A stretch of DNA of 62,411 nucleotides, counting the filler, from Choristocarpus tenellus KU-1152 (taxonomy: Eukaryota > Protista > Phaeophyceae), in NCBI GenBank assembly GCA_964200185.2. It is 13 parts of 13 records of this genome, joined end to end, with 100 filler letters (N's around TTAATTAATTAA, not from the genome) between each part and the next. Parts side by side here need not be neighbours in the genome. Positions count along the whole stretch, not along the records: positions 39,927 to 47,993 come from CAXNAD020005204.1; positions 48,094 to 51,131 come from CAXNAD020022769.1; positions 51,232 to 59,690 come from CAXNAD020004683.1; 10 more parts are not named here. One strand, given 5' to 3'. The translations under genes and the position numbers were made by a program. Shown here piece by piece: positions 40,260 through 51,678 of this stretch (its first letter is position 1; every line of letters begins with the position of its first letter). Below the pieces are notes generated by a model. That model ran no database searches. It worked only from the letters and a program-made list of their open reading frames with translations, and was not told the DNA's origin.

Positions 40260-41665
40260 CTTGTGTCTAGCTGGAGGGGGTGGGGAAATGCCTGGGATGT
40301 CATAGCGTTGTCAAAACTCTTAGTAATTGACATGGCCTTTGTTTAAAGAAAAAAAATACTGAGATGTGTCCTCAGCGCTTGGAACCTTGCATCATTGTGG
40401 TTACTGAAAGACAAAATCTCATGTACATTGGTAATAAGACCTTTTTCAAAGGCATTACTGGCTTGACAAGGATGAACACTGCTTCAACTCAAGCTATTAT
40501 GTCAATGGAAAAACCTCCTTACTTTTTCATCTAGGGGGGCGTGTAATGTTTCCCAAGTGGGGTGGGGGTGTACAATTTTGTTGCACCCCTCAGGGTCTTT
40601 GTTCTTATTGGTGTGTCTCACGTCATCGAACAAATAATTACACTATTACACTTACAAGTCTGCGATTTCTGCCGCCCTATGCAATCATGATCACACGCAC
40701 TGTCTGTCTTGAATAGCACACAACTGTTGCACGTTGCCATTGCAGCAACACTCTATCTAACAATTTCACGTAAATTTCATGGCTTTCACCCCCACCCCTA
40801 ATACCCTCCCATTCAAACCCTAACCCTACCCTCAACTTTCCCCCGTTGCTGCTTACCAAGACAATGTTGAGCATCATAAACGCACCTGCTGTTGCTGCTG
40901 CTGTGGGTCCAGCGGTGTCTGGGATTGACCCTGAGCCTGCACCTGACCTGCGACCAGTGTTTGAGCAGGTTGCTGCTGCTGAGAGGTCTGCGCATACTGT
41001 GGCAGGACCACTCCAGTCTGGGCAAGGTACAGGGCACGAGTTCCGTACGAATTCAATTAGGAGTGTTCATGGTTGTGGAATGGATGACATATCGGGTGCA
41101 AACAATTGCCACAGGGAAGCATCACTATACCCAGACGATGTGCAAAGGCATGCTACATAGGTGAGGTTGGAGCGAGAGAAGGAGAGGGAGGGAAAAATCG
41201 AAGTAAAGATTGAGCTCTAGATCAAGGCAATAGGACAGGGCGTTCAGTTTGATACGATATCACTACCTCCTCTAAGGTCTTGTTAACATAACTCTTCCGT
41301 GTGAGTAGAGAAGCTTTGCTTTAGTGTATGATCACAACGAAAGGTATCCACTCAGCATAATTGTAGACCGACAGAAAGTCTAATCAATTTCCTGGTCTAT
41401 ACAAACAGCACGTATGGAAGGATACCCGCCTACAATGTGTGCGAATGCTAAACACTGCTACCTTCGAATGGCAAAAGGATATGCACCACACCTGTTTCTG
41501 ACTTGTGGCAGCTGTTGCAACGGCACCAGCCCCTACGCCCGTCACCAAGGCCGTCGGGGCGGCTGCAGACGTGCTTGGCTGCACCGACGATGGAGTTTTT
41601 CCCTCGGTAGAAGCCTTCGCCGCCTGGGCCTCGGCAATTCGCCGCTTAAATTCCTCAGGATCCAT
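40260..41665 (-). CDS. N-terminal part of an A/Q-rich protein; exons 41665-41492, 41017-40886 and probably 40336-40260
   Basis: ATG start, MDPEEFKRRIAEAQAAK...SQKQ|TGVVLPQYAQ...QQQQQQ|AMSITKSF; compatible phases and good splice sites. Confidence 0.7.
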
Positions 41666-41979
41666 CTCTAATGGATTGGATGGAAGAGAAGAATGGATTG
41701 TGCAAGTGGAAATATGTTCGCTGGTGGATGGGCAGATGGACGATGGAGACGTTAGTCAATGACGAGTATGGATGTGTCCTTCAAGAGTGAACATTCCCAT
41801 GACGCCCATCGCTGGTGATTCATTTGAACCTTCGAGGCGCATTTATTCAACGATTATTGCTTCCAGTTATTCTGGCATTCTCATTCGAAGCATTAGCTAG
41901 GACCAGATCATGTCGGCCAGGATCAGTGCGCCCATTGTGCAAAACGGGCAATAGACGATGGAGTCGCCCTACAACCAAA

Positions 41980-42626
41980 AGGTACACCATCACATTGTAA
42001 AATGGTGGCATAGAGCTCACATGTGACCATTGCCCTTACCCGCTCACTCAGATGAAGCCAAAGATATAGTCTCAAGAGGAGGCGATAGCATTCTCTTACC
42101 CACCTGAGGTGAGTGTTTGGCTCTTGCGATCCCTTTAGTAGTGGAGTGTTACATACTTCGAAGGCCTATCCCTCCCTCACTGAATTTTGAATCCTCTTTT
42201 GGAGATCTCTTGTGTTGGAACGATCGTATTCTATTTTCTTTTGTTGGGAAGATTGTATGTCCACTTTGTTTCTAAGTCTATCTTATCATTGCTGAGATAA
42301 GTATTTATATTATTATGTACTCTCACATTTTGGAGATGTCTCAAGGGAAAAACCAACAAAAACTATTCACATGTCAGAAAAATCCCAGAAAAAAGTCAAC
42401 GTTGTCGTAAATTGTGACATTGATCTATTTACTATGTTGTAACTACCCATCAATGCTGTACCGCTGCCTTCCTGTCCCTCCAACCTTGCATAGTCCTGCA
42501 CCCCAGGGTGAGGAGCTAGGGAAGCATCCCCAGAATCTAACGAGCCCCTCCTTCCCCATCTTCTCCCTGGTGTCTCCAGCTTTAAACGCATGATGCGTCT
42601 AGATAGGGGCCACCTGCGTTGTAACA
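41980..42626 (-). mobile_element. Truncated LTR-retrotransposon piece (LTR-like part plus gag-like start)
   Basis: 41980-42195 is homologous to 46255-46462, with synonymous differences in a minus frame (WVREC.RLLLR...CELYAT..CDGVPF). Minus strand begins TGTTACA at 42626. Confidence 0.55.
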
Positions 42627-43527
42627 AAGACTATTTGTCATAGGTGGGATTTGCCCGCCCCTTTCCCTGCTGTAGCCCTTCCGTCCCTCTCCCGAGAAAT
42701 ATTTCCCTGAATTTTCTTCTCTACACTGATATGATGGGCTGTATTTCTTGGGATTTGGAAGAATCTTAGCCCAAGATTCCTCCCCCGTCAATCTTGGGCC
42801 AAGTATTTTCCCAATCCAGCTCCCGGTGAACGACCAGTTGGGGGACGTCGAGGAAGGCAATGGAAAACGTTACCCATGATCGTGACAAAGAATTTGAGAG
42901 CTTAACGTTTGAAGTGGTCAGAGTCCTTGCAAACATGGCAACTTCCAATGAGTAGGGACAGGACAGAAAACATGAGCCAAAGTGTCACAAATCCTACCCT
43001 CCGCCCAATTACAGGGCCAACGCCAAGATAGATGAAGATGTTTGAATGGGAGGTCCACTTGATGGACCCGAGCAGTCTGGAGGCCAAGAAGTTGAAGAGG
43101 AGACTTTGATTGTCATTCCCGTCCTACATGAAGCTGGTTGGAGAATGCAGGTGGAAGAGTTGGTTGGTCGCTGTGGGATCCACTGATGTGACCCACACTC
43201 GATGGGACAATGCGCCCATTGCGCGTGGCATGTATTGCAGAGGTAAGAAGGGATACGGTGGTGATGGAAGGGGTTGAAGGAAACTGGAACGACAAGACCA
43301 TCATTGGCTTTGATCGATTTTTGTGAAAGTTGAATGCAATGAGAGGTGTACAGGATAGGAGTACATCTTGTTGGATTCACAAGGAAGGGACTTCACCGAG
43401 AAATTTGCCTACCTTGCCGTTGACAGTGGGTATCACAAGGTGTGTAGTAGCAAGTACTGATGTACTGATGTCTGGTATGAAATCCACCTGACTTTGTCAT
43501 ATTTTGGTTTCCGACTGGGACGCCTCT

Positions 43528-43690
43528 GGCTCAAAGTATCTGGGGGGCGGTGGCGGCTGTCCATTTGGGGTCAATTTTTTTCATGTCGCGATTTTTGGGC
43601 GATTTGGTTTCAAATGTCGGATGGATAATGTAAATGCATTTTTTCCTGATTTTGACCCAAATTGACACCCTGGTGTAGACCCCCCCCCCT
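43528..43690 (+). mobile_element. MITE family B copy (right TIR lost)
   Basis: GGCTCAAAGTATCTGGG start; homologous to 56772-56948. Confidence 0.85.
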
Positions 43691-43887
43691 CCTTCACAGC
43701 AATAACGAGGTTCCTTGCCTTTTTCCATTTACATCTGTCCACCCTCATTACGACCCAATCCAGCACATGCATGCGCTGTACCAATGATGTTAGGTACCGC
43801 ATGCATAGTATTGAAATTGATGTACGGTCTCTCGTTTGGTATCGAGTGTGCGGTGGAGAAGCCTGATGTGTCCCTTCCAGGCAAGGC

Positions 43888-44147
43888 GTGCCAAAGTATG
43901 TTAGAGGGCACAGCTGCGTCCATTTGGGGCCAAAATCCAATGTTGTGATTTTGATGTAATTTGGCTATCGTGTTTGTTAGGAAGCGTCAATATCCTTGTT
44001 CCGGACATAGCTTTTCATAACGTACACGTTGTACCTACTCCAAAATATTTTGGAGTGGGAAAATGCCATTAAAAAAAACCCGAGATAAGCCAAGCCCCAA
44101 ATGGACAAAACAGGGCGAAACTCTTACCCTCTAAGATACTTTCACTA
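43888..44147 (+). mobile_element. MITE family C copy
   Basis: Colinear with 18051-18305; TIRs CCAAAGTATGTTAGAGGG / CCCTCTAAGATACTTT. Confidence 0.85.
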
Positions 44148-46541
44148 AGGTACATCAACCCAAGCTCAGCTGAAGTGGAGCAATCGACAAGAAAATGTGT
44201 GCAAGGATGTGGGGTGCTACTCCGGGAGGATCCTGAATCTGCCAATGTTGTACTGGGCATCCGGTGAAAACCTGAGCGAGAAAATCGATCGCATCTCCTT
44301 TACATGCTGAATACTGTGTAACATGCTTCATGTCGATGATGGACTTGGTACACAGGAGTATGGTGTGGACTGGATGGGTCGTGATGGTGTGCATGGTGCC
44401 TACTGCTGTGACCCGACCGTAGATCACAATAGTGTGGGCAGATCAGGAAGGAGGCTGGTTGACTAGGGATCTGAGCAAGTGCTGGAGGTGGATCATGGAT
44501 TTGAGGAATCGAGGAATAATCTAGTTACATACTCTGATAACAGGTTTTCAGGAGGGGGGTTGCTATCTCTGCGATCATGGTTACGGAAATTCATTTATCT
44601 GTTCTAGGTTTTCATCCTTAAGTGCACTGAGGATATGAAGAGAGTTAGGGTTTATGTGATTGTCTTCCTTGTGTGTACTACATTTTTTTGAGGAATGAAC
44701 AGGGAGGTTAGGGTTTGGAAATTTTGTGAGCAGTGATTTTGGTCCAATCAACCATGACCTCGCGTTATGTCATGCGAGTAACATTGCTGGAGTATTTTTT
44801 CCTACCGACTTGGAGGAGAATGTTGAGGGATGCAGAAGAGGGGGGGGTGATATGCGGAGTGGTCATGTGAGACGCCTCTGCTAGGAGGTTTCAGCTGTTC
44901 CATATCATACAAAGCAACAAGAACATTGTCAAAGAAAAGTGTTGCCACACATATCCTATCTTTCACATATGCTATGGTAGCTTTCATCAACCCATCAAGG
45001 TTTGCTATTGGTTTGAGCTGCACCCCTCAGATGAATCAATTCTGCAATCGCTGTAATGTTCCATGGCAACCCCAGCTGTGCATCTATGGCGCATGCTGCC
45101 CTGGCCTCTCATCATCTAGGGTCCCTACCACCACAGTGCCAGGAGGAGTGCATACCTCCCAGCCCAAAGCTATCCCTGATATCTGCAAGTGTAGTTGCGG
45201 GATTTTCTGATCAATTGCAGGTACAAATTGAGGTACTCGACTTGACAAGAATGCCTTAGTCTTTTCTAGTTGTTCTGGTCTCCCCTTTGTCACTGTGTCT
45301 TCATACCCCTTAGCCTTCTCGCTGTTGAAGAACCACATGGCTTGGGCAATTGAAGGCAAAGGGTCGTTGTTTACGTCGGAATTTTCGCAATCCCTTTGGG
45401 AGGGTTTCGTAGCCATTTCCCTCAACTTTGCCCTGCCAATACGCATCTTCCTTTTTGCCCCTGACCTGTCCATAGACGAGGGACTCTAACAGATGAAAAC
45501 TCGCTCTTCCTTGGTCCCTCGGGCATCGTATCCGAGAAACGTTTCATGTCCATCCAGGCCAAACGTTCCATCGAGTACAGAGACAAGTAGGTTGGTCAGA
45601 AACGAGTCATCGGGCGCAGTTTGTCCCCCATACCTTCACAGTTGTCTGTGGGGAATGCTCTGTTCCCCCTTCCAACATATGGCATGGGCGGTGCCGCACC
45701 GCCCCCTTTATCTAGAGGTGTGGCCTTCTCTGCTTTCTCTTTCTCTCCAGGTGAAGGGAAATTCTGCTCTGCCCCACCCTGTCCTTCCACACCTGATGTT
45801 CCATTGTCAGGGCCAGAGAGACGTGAATGGCATATTTGCTTTTTCCCTTGTCCTGCAAAAAAAATCCACAATGGAACTGCAAGAAGTTTTCTGCTGGATG
45901 TCCCCATGGGAGCGACCCAGAAGGAAATTCTCTGCGAAAAGGCGGAGATATTCGGGGGTATGTGGGTAAGTTGCCATTAAGTTCCTTTTGTGTTTCAAAC
46001 CTTTTCCCCAAGTGTGTTGTACGTAAGTACTCGTCCATGAGAACAGGTGGAGGAAGGGTCTCAAACTCTCCCACTCGGATTGGTCAAAGAAAAAGGACGC
46101 AACATCATCCTTTGCCGTCACATTTTCCGAGATTATTCAACCTCCCAAGATTCTGTTTCCTGAACACTGGCATAAACCTGCTCCCCATCCCACCCAAATC
46201 AACTATCCAACCTCGATAACCATGGAGAACGCATTTAAAAATAATAATATCAAAGGGTACACCATCACACTTCAGCATGGTGGCATACAGCTCACACGTG
46301 ATCATTGCCCTTTCCCACTCACTCAGATGAAGTCAGTGATATTATCTCAAAAGAAGACGATGGCATTCTCTTACCCACTTCATATGAGTGGGTGTTAAGA
46401 TACCTTTATTGCTGGAGTGTTGCATACTTCGAAGGCCTTTCTCCTTGACAGATTTTTGAATTTTTTGATGTATACATTGCTGTTTCTACCTTACAGACAG
46501 CAGGGTGACGTGAAGTTGATTTGCCAAAGAAGGACAGAGCT

Positions 46542-47862
46542 ATGTGGGGTTCGCAAGACTCCTTTTCGTTAGGAAGACAGAGTCAGATAATTTCCCAATC
46601 AAATGATTACGCCGGCTATTCGCAAAGCCTAAGCCAAAGCCAAAGCCAAAGTCAAAGCCAAAGCCGAAGCCAAAACCAGGGTTTCAGCCAGCCTCGAGAA
46701 AAGTGGAAAAGAAAGGGAAACACCCCTGTGACATGTCTAGGATGCGGGGCTGAAGATGAATTCGAGGAAACGGATGTTGGGGAAATGGTGAGAATTTGTC
46801 GATAGCACTATGACTTTGCTGATTCAATGGGTGAGAAACCTTCTCATGCTTGTTCTTTGAAGGTTGTGCACAGATATGTGTGTCTTGACCTGGTCTTCCA
46901 AGGAAGAGTTGTGAGAGAAAGGTGGGCGAGAAAGCGTTTATGCAAACAAAAGACCAGAAACTAGCGCATTTTTCTCTGTAACCCTCTCAATATTGGAGCA
47001 ACCTACGATTGTATCATGGCCCAAAGATGGTATTTAATATCACCGAAGAGAAGAGAAGTGCTCTCAAATTCAATAGCAGCGGACCCTCCCTGCACCTTCC
47101 ACCCGTGCAAGGCATTCTATTCCACTTTGAACCCTTCTGGGGTACGTTGATATTACCAACAACTCTGCTACTACTGCTACTCCTACAGGTGTGCGTGATC
47201 TGTGGCACCAAGTATGAGGGGAACCCCAACGAAGTGGCTGAGTTCGACTCTATCATTCAGCTGGGGACAGGAATTCGGAGAAGGACTGTGTATGTTGATA
47301 AGGTGATACCTGTGGGATGAGCTCAGGGCGCTTACAAAATCCTTGACTTGCCATGGCCGCATCACTATGTTTGCTCATGTTTCTTTCCATTTCTAGTTTG
47401 GGCCTCGACTATAATCTCATGTTGCCTCCACAACCTTCTCAATCTAGAATGTGGGTGCTGTAGCCTGTGTGCACTGTGTGCACCTTTGCATTCCGTTGGG
47501 CTGCTGCAACTGTCTCCTCCAACAGTTCAAGGTACTTTTCGACAGAGAAGCAGTCTGTCCAAAATATAATTGCAGTCGAGGATGAAGGGAAGGTCTCCTC
47601 TCATCTTGTCTTCGCCCCCTTTGACCCAACTAGGTTCATGCCTTTCCTATATCCAGTTCCCTCACCTCCTCTCTCCCTCTCCTCCCCAACTCCAAAACAC
47701 CCCCATGTCTACTGGCATTACTGTTGCTTTTGCTTCACTCGATGCCATCCTGTTCTTGCGTGTTTGGCCTCACTTCAGCGAAAAACCGCTCTAGATACCA
47801 GCTCAGCTAGTACCAGAGACTGCCTAAGGGCCTTTCAGATTGTCCTAATGCTCAACCTTAAG
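46542..47862 (+). CDS. RRN7: Rrn7/TAF1B-like RNA polymerase I initiation factor, N-terminal part; exons 46542-46787, 47189-47302, 47779-47862
   Basis: Zinc ribbon CLGC-x14-CVICG is assembled across a phase-0 intron, followed by an acidic segment and CLRAFQIVL, resembling the Rrn7 helix that starts the cyclin fold. Family call is by recognition, not search. Confidence 0.7.
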
Positions 47863-48252
47863 GTGAAACTACTTCATGAACTTCTTCCCTTGAGTCCTGC
47901 CGGGGTGTGGGTGGCGAGTAGGTAGGGATGTGCTTCTATTTTCCTAAATAAATATCGTTTTGAATAAAAAAAAACTGCTCTGGGATCGTGGGGNNNNNNN
48001 NNNNNNNNNNNNNNNNNNNNNNNNNNNNNNNNNNNNNTTAATTAATTAANNNNNNNNNNNNNNNNNNNNNNNNNNNNNNNNNNNNNNNNNNNNCCTCCCT
48101 CCCTCCCTCCCTCCCTCCCTCCCCCCCAATCTTTTTACCCCTGCTGATTGCACTATATCAGGAACAGTTGCACAGTTCTTCTGCACAATGATGCAGAAGT
48201 GTTAATACTATCAGAGCCCTAGGAGCAGAGTGTGGGTATACCGAATCCTCAC

Positions 48253-49955
48253 CTGACCCCACATGGGGTTGAGACCATCTCGACCTTTGACCCGAACAGC
48301 AGATGTACGTATTGGAGGATTTCCTGCAAAGTCAACCTTGGCCGCAGGGAGTATATTGAGGGTTAGGGTTATGGCATATTGGTTGGGGGGGGGGTTCTAT
48401 CGTACTGTAGAAGGACCATCACTCATCACCCCTATTTGTGTCCATTGATGGGGGCTATTGCAATACACGCTACCAAGACATAATCGCATCCATCTTTAAA
48501 AAAAAAACTCGTAGAATACACTAATAATTATTATTATTATTATTATAATTATAAATTTCAAATCCGTTAGAGTAGCAGACGATTTAACATGACTTCAATA
48601 TTGGTCTGTGGTCATTCAGAAATGTATGCAATTATTATCCTGGTCTTCCATTAGCACACTGATCGAAGTATACATTCACATGTGTTTCATTACGTTAATC
48701 CAAGAGCATGGCAAAATGGAGTGCAAATTTTGCGGACTGCAGGACCAGCAAGGAAGCTACTGTCAAGCTGTTCACGCTCAAAGCTTTTCATTTCCAAGGG
48801 GCAATAGATCTCCTTGATCGAAATTATTGTTCCTAGTTCCATCATGCAGTGTTGCATGGGCAAAAGAGTGCAAAAACAGGGGCCTTCATCTTTTTTTTCT
48901 TTTCCACTAAGATTTCGGCAAGGAAATTTTTTCGCAGACGCCTTTTCAGAAACACAAAATTCATTGAAGCAGTGGGAGAAATATCCTAGAAATATCCTAG
49001 AAATATCCTAGAAATACATGTTGAGTCTCGGTAGTATATGCGACAGTAAGGTTAGCAACAATAGCAGATTCTGACCTGAACAAGCGCGTTGATGGAAGGT
49101 GCCCCAACGCTCGAGAAATCAGGCAGGTCCTCAGCAGTAAACACATACACGACAAGGAAGCTCAGAGTCTGTGGAACAAGTGACGGCCCATTGAACACCA
49201 ACCCCGCAAGGCCACCTCCCATCTCCGCCTCCTTGGCTATCTCCTCCTGTGTTGTCCAAGGAATGTGTTCAAGCACGGGGTTGAGTGAGTGTCCAAGCCC
49301 AAAATGCCAAGGCAAGAGGAGGAAGAAAAAAAAAAAATACCATGCAACGAGGACTACGTCCACAGCAAGGGCAAGCCACTGTAGCAGCACGGAATACTCT
49401 GCATGCCGTGACACCTTCAATTCAATACATGCTATCTTCGTCTCCAGACATGTCGCCTTGTGTTACGATGGTCCTCAAACGATACATTTAATTATCATGG
49501 TTCTGGTATATACGATGAGGGATTTGTGCACTCGAGGCGATTGATTTAATACTCCGAAGGTCATCAACTGCCTTTCCCGATCCTGGCACCTGCATCTCCT
49601 CGGGTAAGTTGTGAATACTCTGCCGATCCCCGGGGCCCAGCACAATCAGACTCAGTTTAACAAACCCCTGGATGCTAATGGCGTCCCTGGCGTTTTCCAT
49701 GTCCTGCACTCCCACCCAAGTGCGGTAGACCTCATGGTTCTTTTTTTGTTGTTGTTTCGGTGGGGGAAGAAGTTGAGAGCAATAGCCGAGTGGCAGCAGC
49801 AACCAAGGGACATGATCTGCCTTGTTTAGATGGAAAATGTTTTCTGGAAAACTCTTAAGGGTGTGTGCATATTTCAAACACAGTTGCTACGGAGCTAGGA
49901 ACAGTACTTGAATAGAAAGGCACTACTGGTGGTAGTAATCAGAATGGTCGAGAGG

Positions 49956-49987
<32 letters not shown>

Positions 49988-50749
49988 CACAGGAGCTAAA
50001 TGGCAAGGGAGGGAAGCAAGACATCTGAATGAGTGGAATGTATCCCACCCAATCCGTTCTATGAAACCATCATAGCACCAACTCCCACCAATACAAGCAT
50101 ACATATAGTCCACGTTAATGGGAAGCAAATAATAAATAGTCCTTGTCTCTGGATGAAAGACCTATTTTCAGGAAGGTCAATTTTCCCTACTGTAGGCTAT
50201 GCTTGCTCACGCCCATTAATGAGTAGGAGTTTGTGCAGGTTTGTGCACTCGTGTGCTCACCCACTTCTGCCTGTATCATAATTTAGATAACATTAACTTT
50301 GAAGGAACTACTTGCTCTTTAGTGGGACTTGTTAGTACTAATCAGTTTCAGGTACCTCAAAGCACACTGCACATGGTCAAGTATCCTCATTTTCCTCCAA
50401 TTTACAAATACCTCCCCCCCCCCNNNNNNNNNNCCCCCCCTTCACACCCTAACAGACTGTAGTAAGCCTACAAACGTACTATCGTAGTCTTGACCTGGGA
50501 TGAGGTTTTTTCAAAACATGGGAGAGTTTGGGGAACATTGCAAGTACAAAAGGGAACATCACTTTCATTACTTTAGTGATACATTTATACAGAGTGCAAA
50601 GGATGCACGTGTAGGGTAGCTAATCATGATAGACCTTCTCCATATAGATGCCTAGGAGGTCAAACTGGTAGCTACCAATGAGCGAGTCTCGCAAGAAGGT
50701 GTTGGCGTCCAGTACACGCAGCTGCACAGTCCCCTGCGACAGCTGATCC
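48253..50749 (-). CDS. Ferlin-family multi-C2 protein, partial; exons 50749-50635, 49739-49590, 49246-49076, 48336-48253
   Basis: VLDANTFLRDSLIGSYQFDLLGIY|NHEVYRTWV...GFVKLSLIVLGPGD (end of C2 / FerI region), then LVVYVFTAEDLP...VQ|VDFAG...NPMW (next C2). Phases are compatible. Confidence 0.88.
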
Positions 50750-51678
50750 CTGGAGAGGTGGACGGAACACACCAATAGAATCCACCGTGCAGGTAGTGAG
50801 CTAGATTAGTTGTTTCTTTTTGGGGGGGGGAGATGACAGAGAGGTCGCATTACACCATTGCAATCACATAATGTGCGGTTGGGTATGTAATGTGTGGAAA
50901 GAGTGGAGGGGCAACTAGATGTGGGGATCATAAATTATCCCTAAACAATGACTATTTCTATCGATTGTTTGTTGATGTTGGGCACAAGAAAGAATGTACC
51001 TGAAACCATGCGCAGAGTGTTGTCTGCAGTTGGGATTCAAACTCCCAAAGACCCAAAGTATCTGGGAGGGGGGGGGGGGCGACACCAGGGGGTCCAGTTG
51101 GATCGAGATGAGGAAAAGTGCATTTAAAGTANNNNNNNNNNNNNNNNNNNNNNNNNNNNNNNNNNNNNNNNNNNNTTAATTAATTAANNNNNNNNNNNNN
51201 NNNNNNNNNNNNNNNNNNNNNNNNNNNNNNNCCCGCCCCCCAAATACTTTGAGCCTGATTCCCACTAAGATGATGTAGACAAAATGGCAATCGTGGGATG
51301 CTGCTTTACTCCAATGCCTCGATTATTCCTATACTCATATTGGAATCTCGAGGAGCAGTAGTGTGCAGCTTTTCACAGTTGGGCAAAGTTTTATTTCTTA
51401 GGGACGATCAACCATTACCTCGAACCTATCTTGTACATTTTCACCCCTTAACACTTCCTCATGGTAGACACTCAGGGTTGCCCAATACAGATGTCAGTAG
51501 TATCTTGAATATTTCTACATCTTGAATATTTCTACATGTCACATGGATACTTTAAGGCCTAGCAATGTGCAGCGGTTCATTGTTGAATAATGCATTGTTT
51601 GCCAATGTTGAACAAACCAACACATTGAACCTCAAATCTTTTTGCAACCCGAAACCCTTACACCGGATAAATGATCAG

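Larger units (their letters stand above)
42650..46462 (-). mobile_element. Degenerate Ty3/gypsy-like element (gag-like, protease) interrupted by two MITEs
   Basis: Broken minus ORFs at 45084-46400 and a retropepsin-like TLADSGSS motif at ~44230-44250. Boundaries approximate. Confidence 0.5.

Noticed and set aside
41980-46462. ~210-bp direct repeats as paired LTRs or a giant TSD
   Set aside because: Differences include several synonymous changes in a minus-strand frame and there are no TG...CA termini, so they are better read as coding fragments from two related elements.
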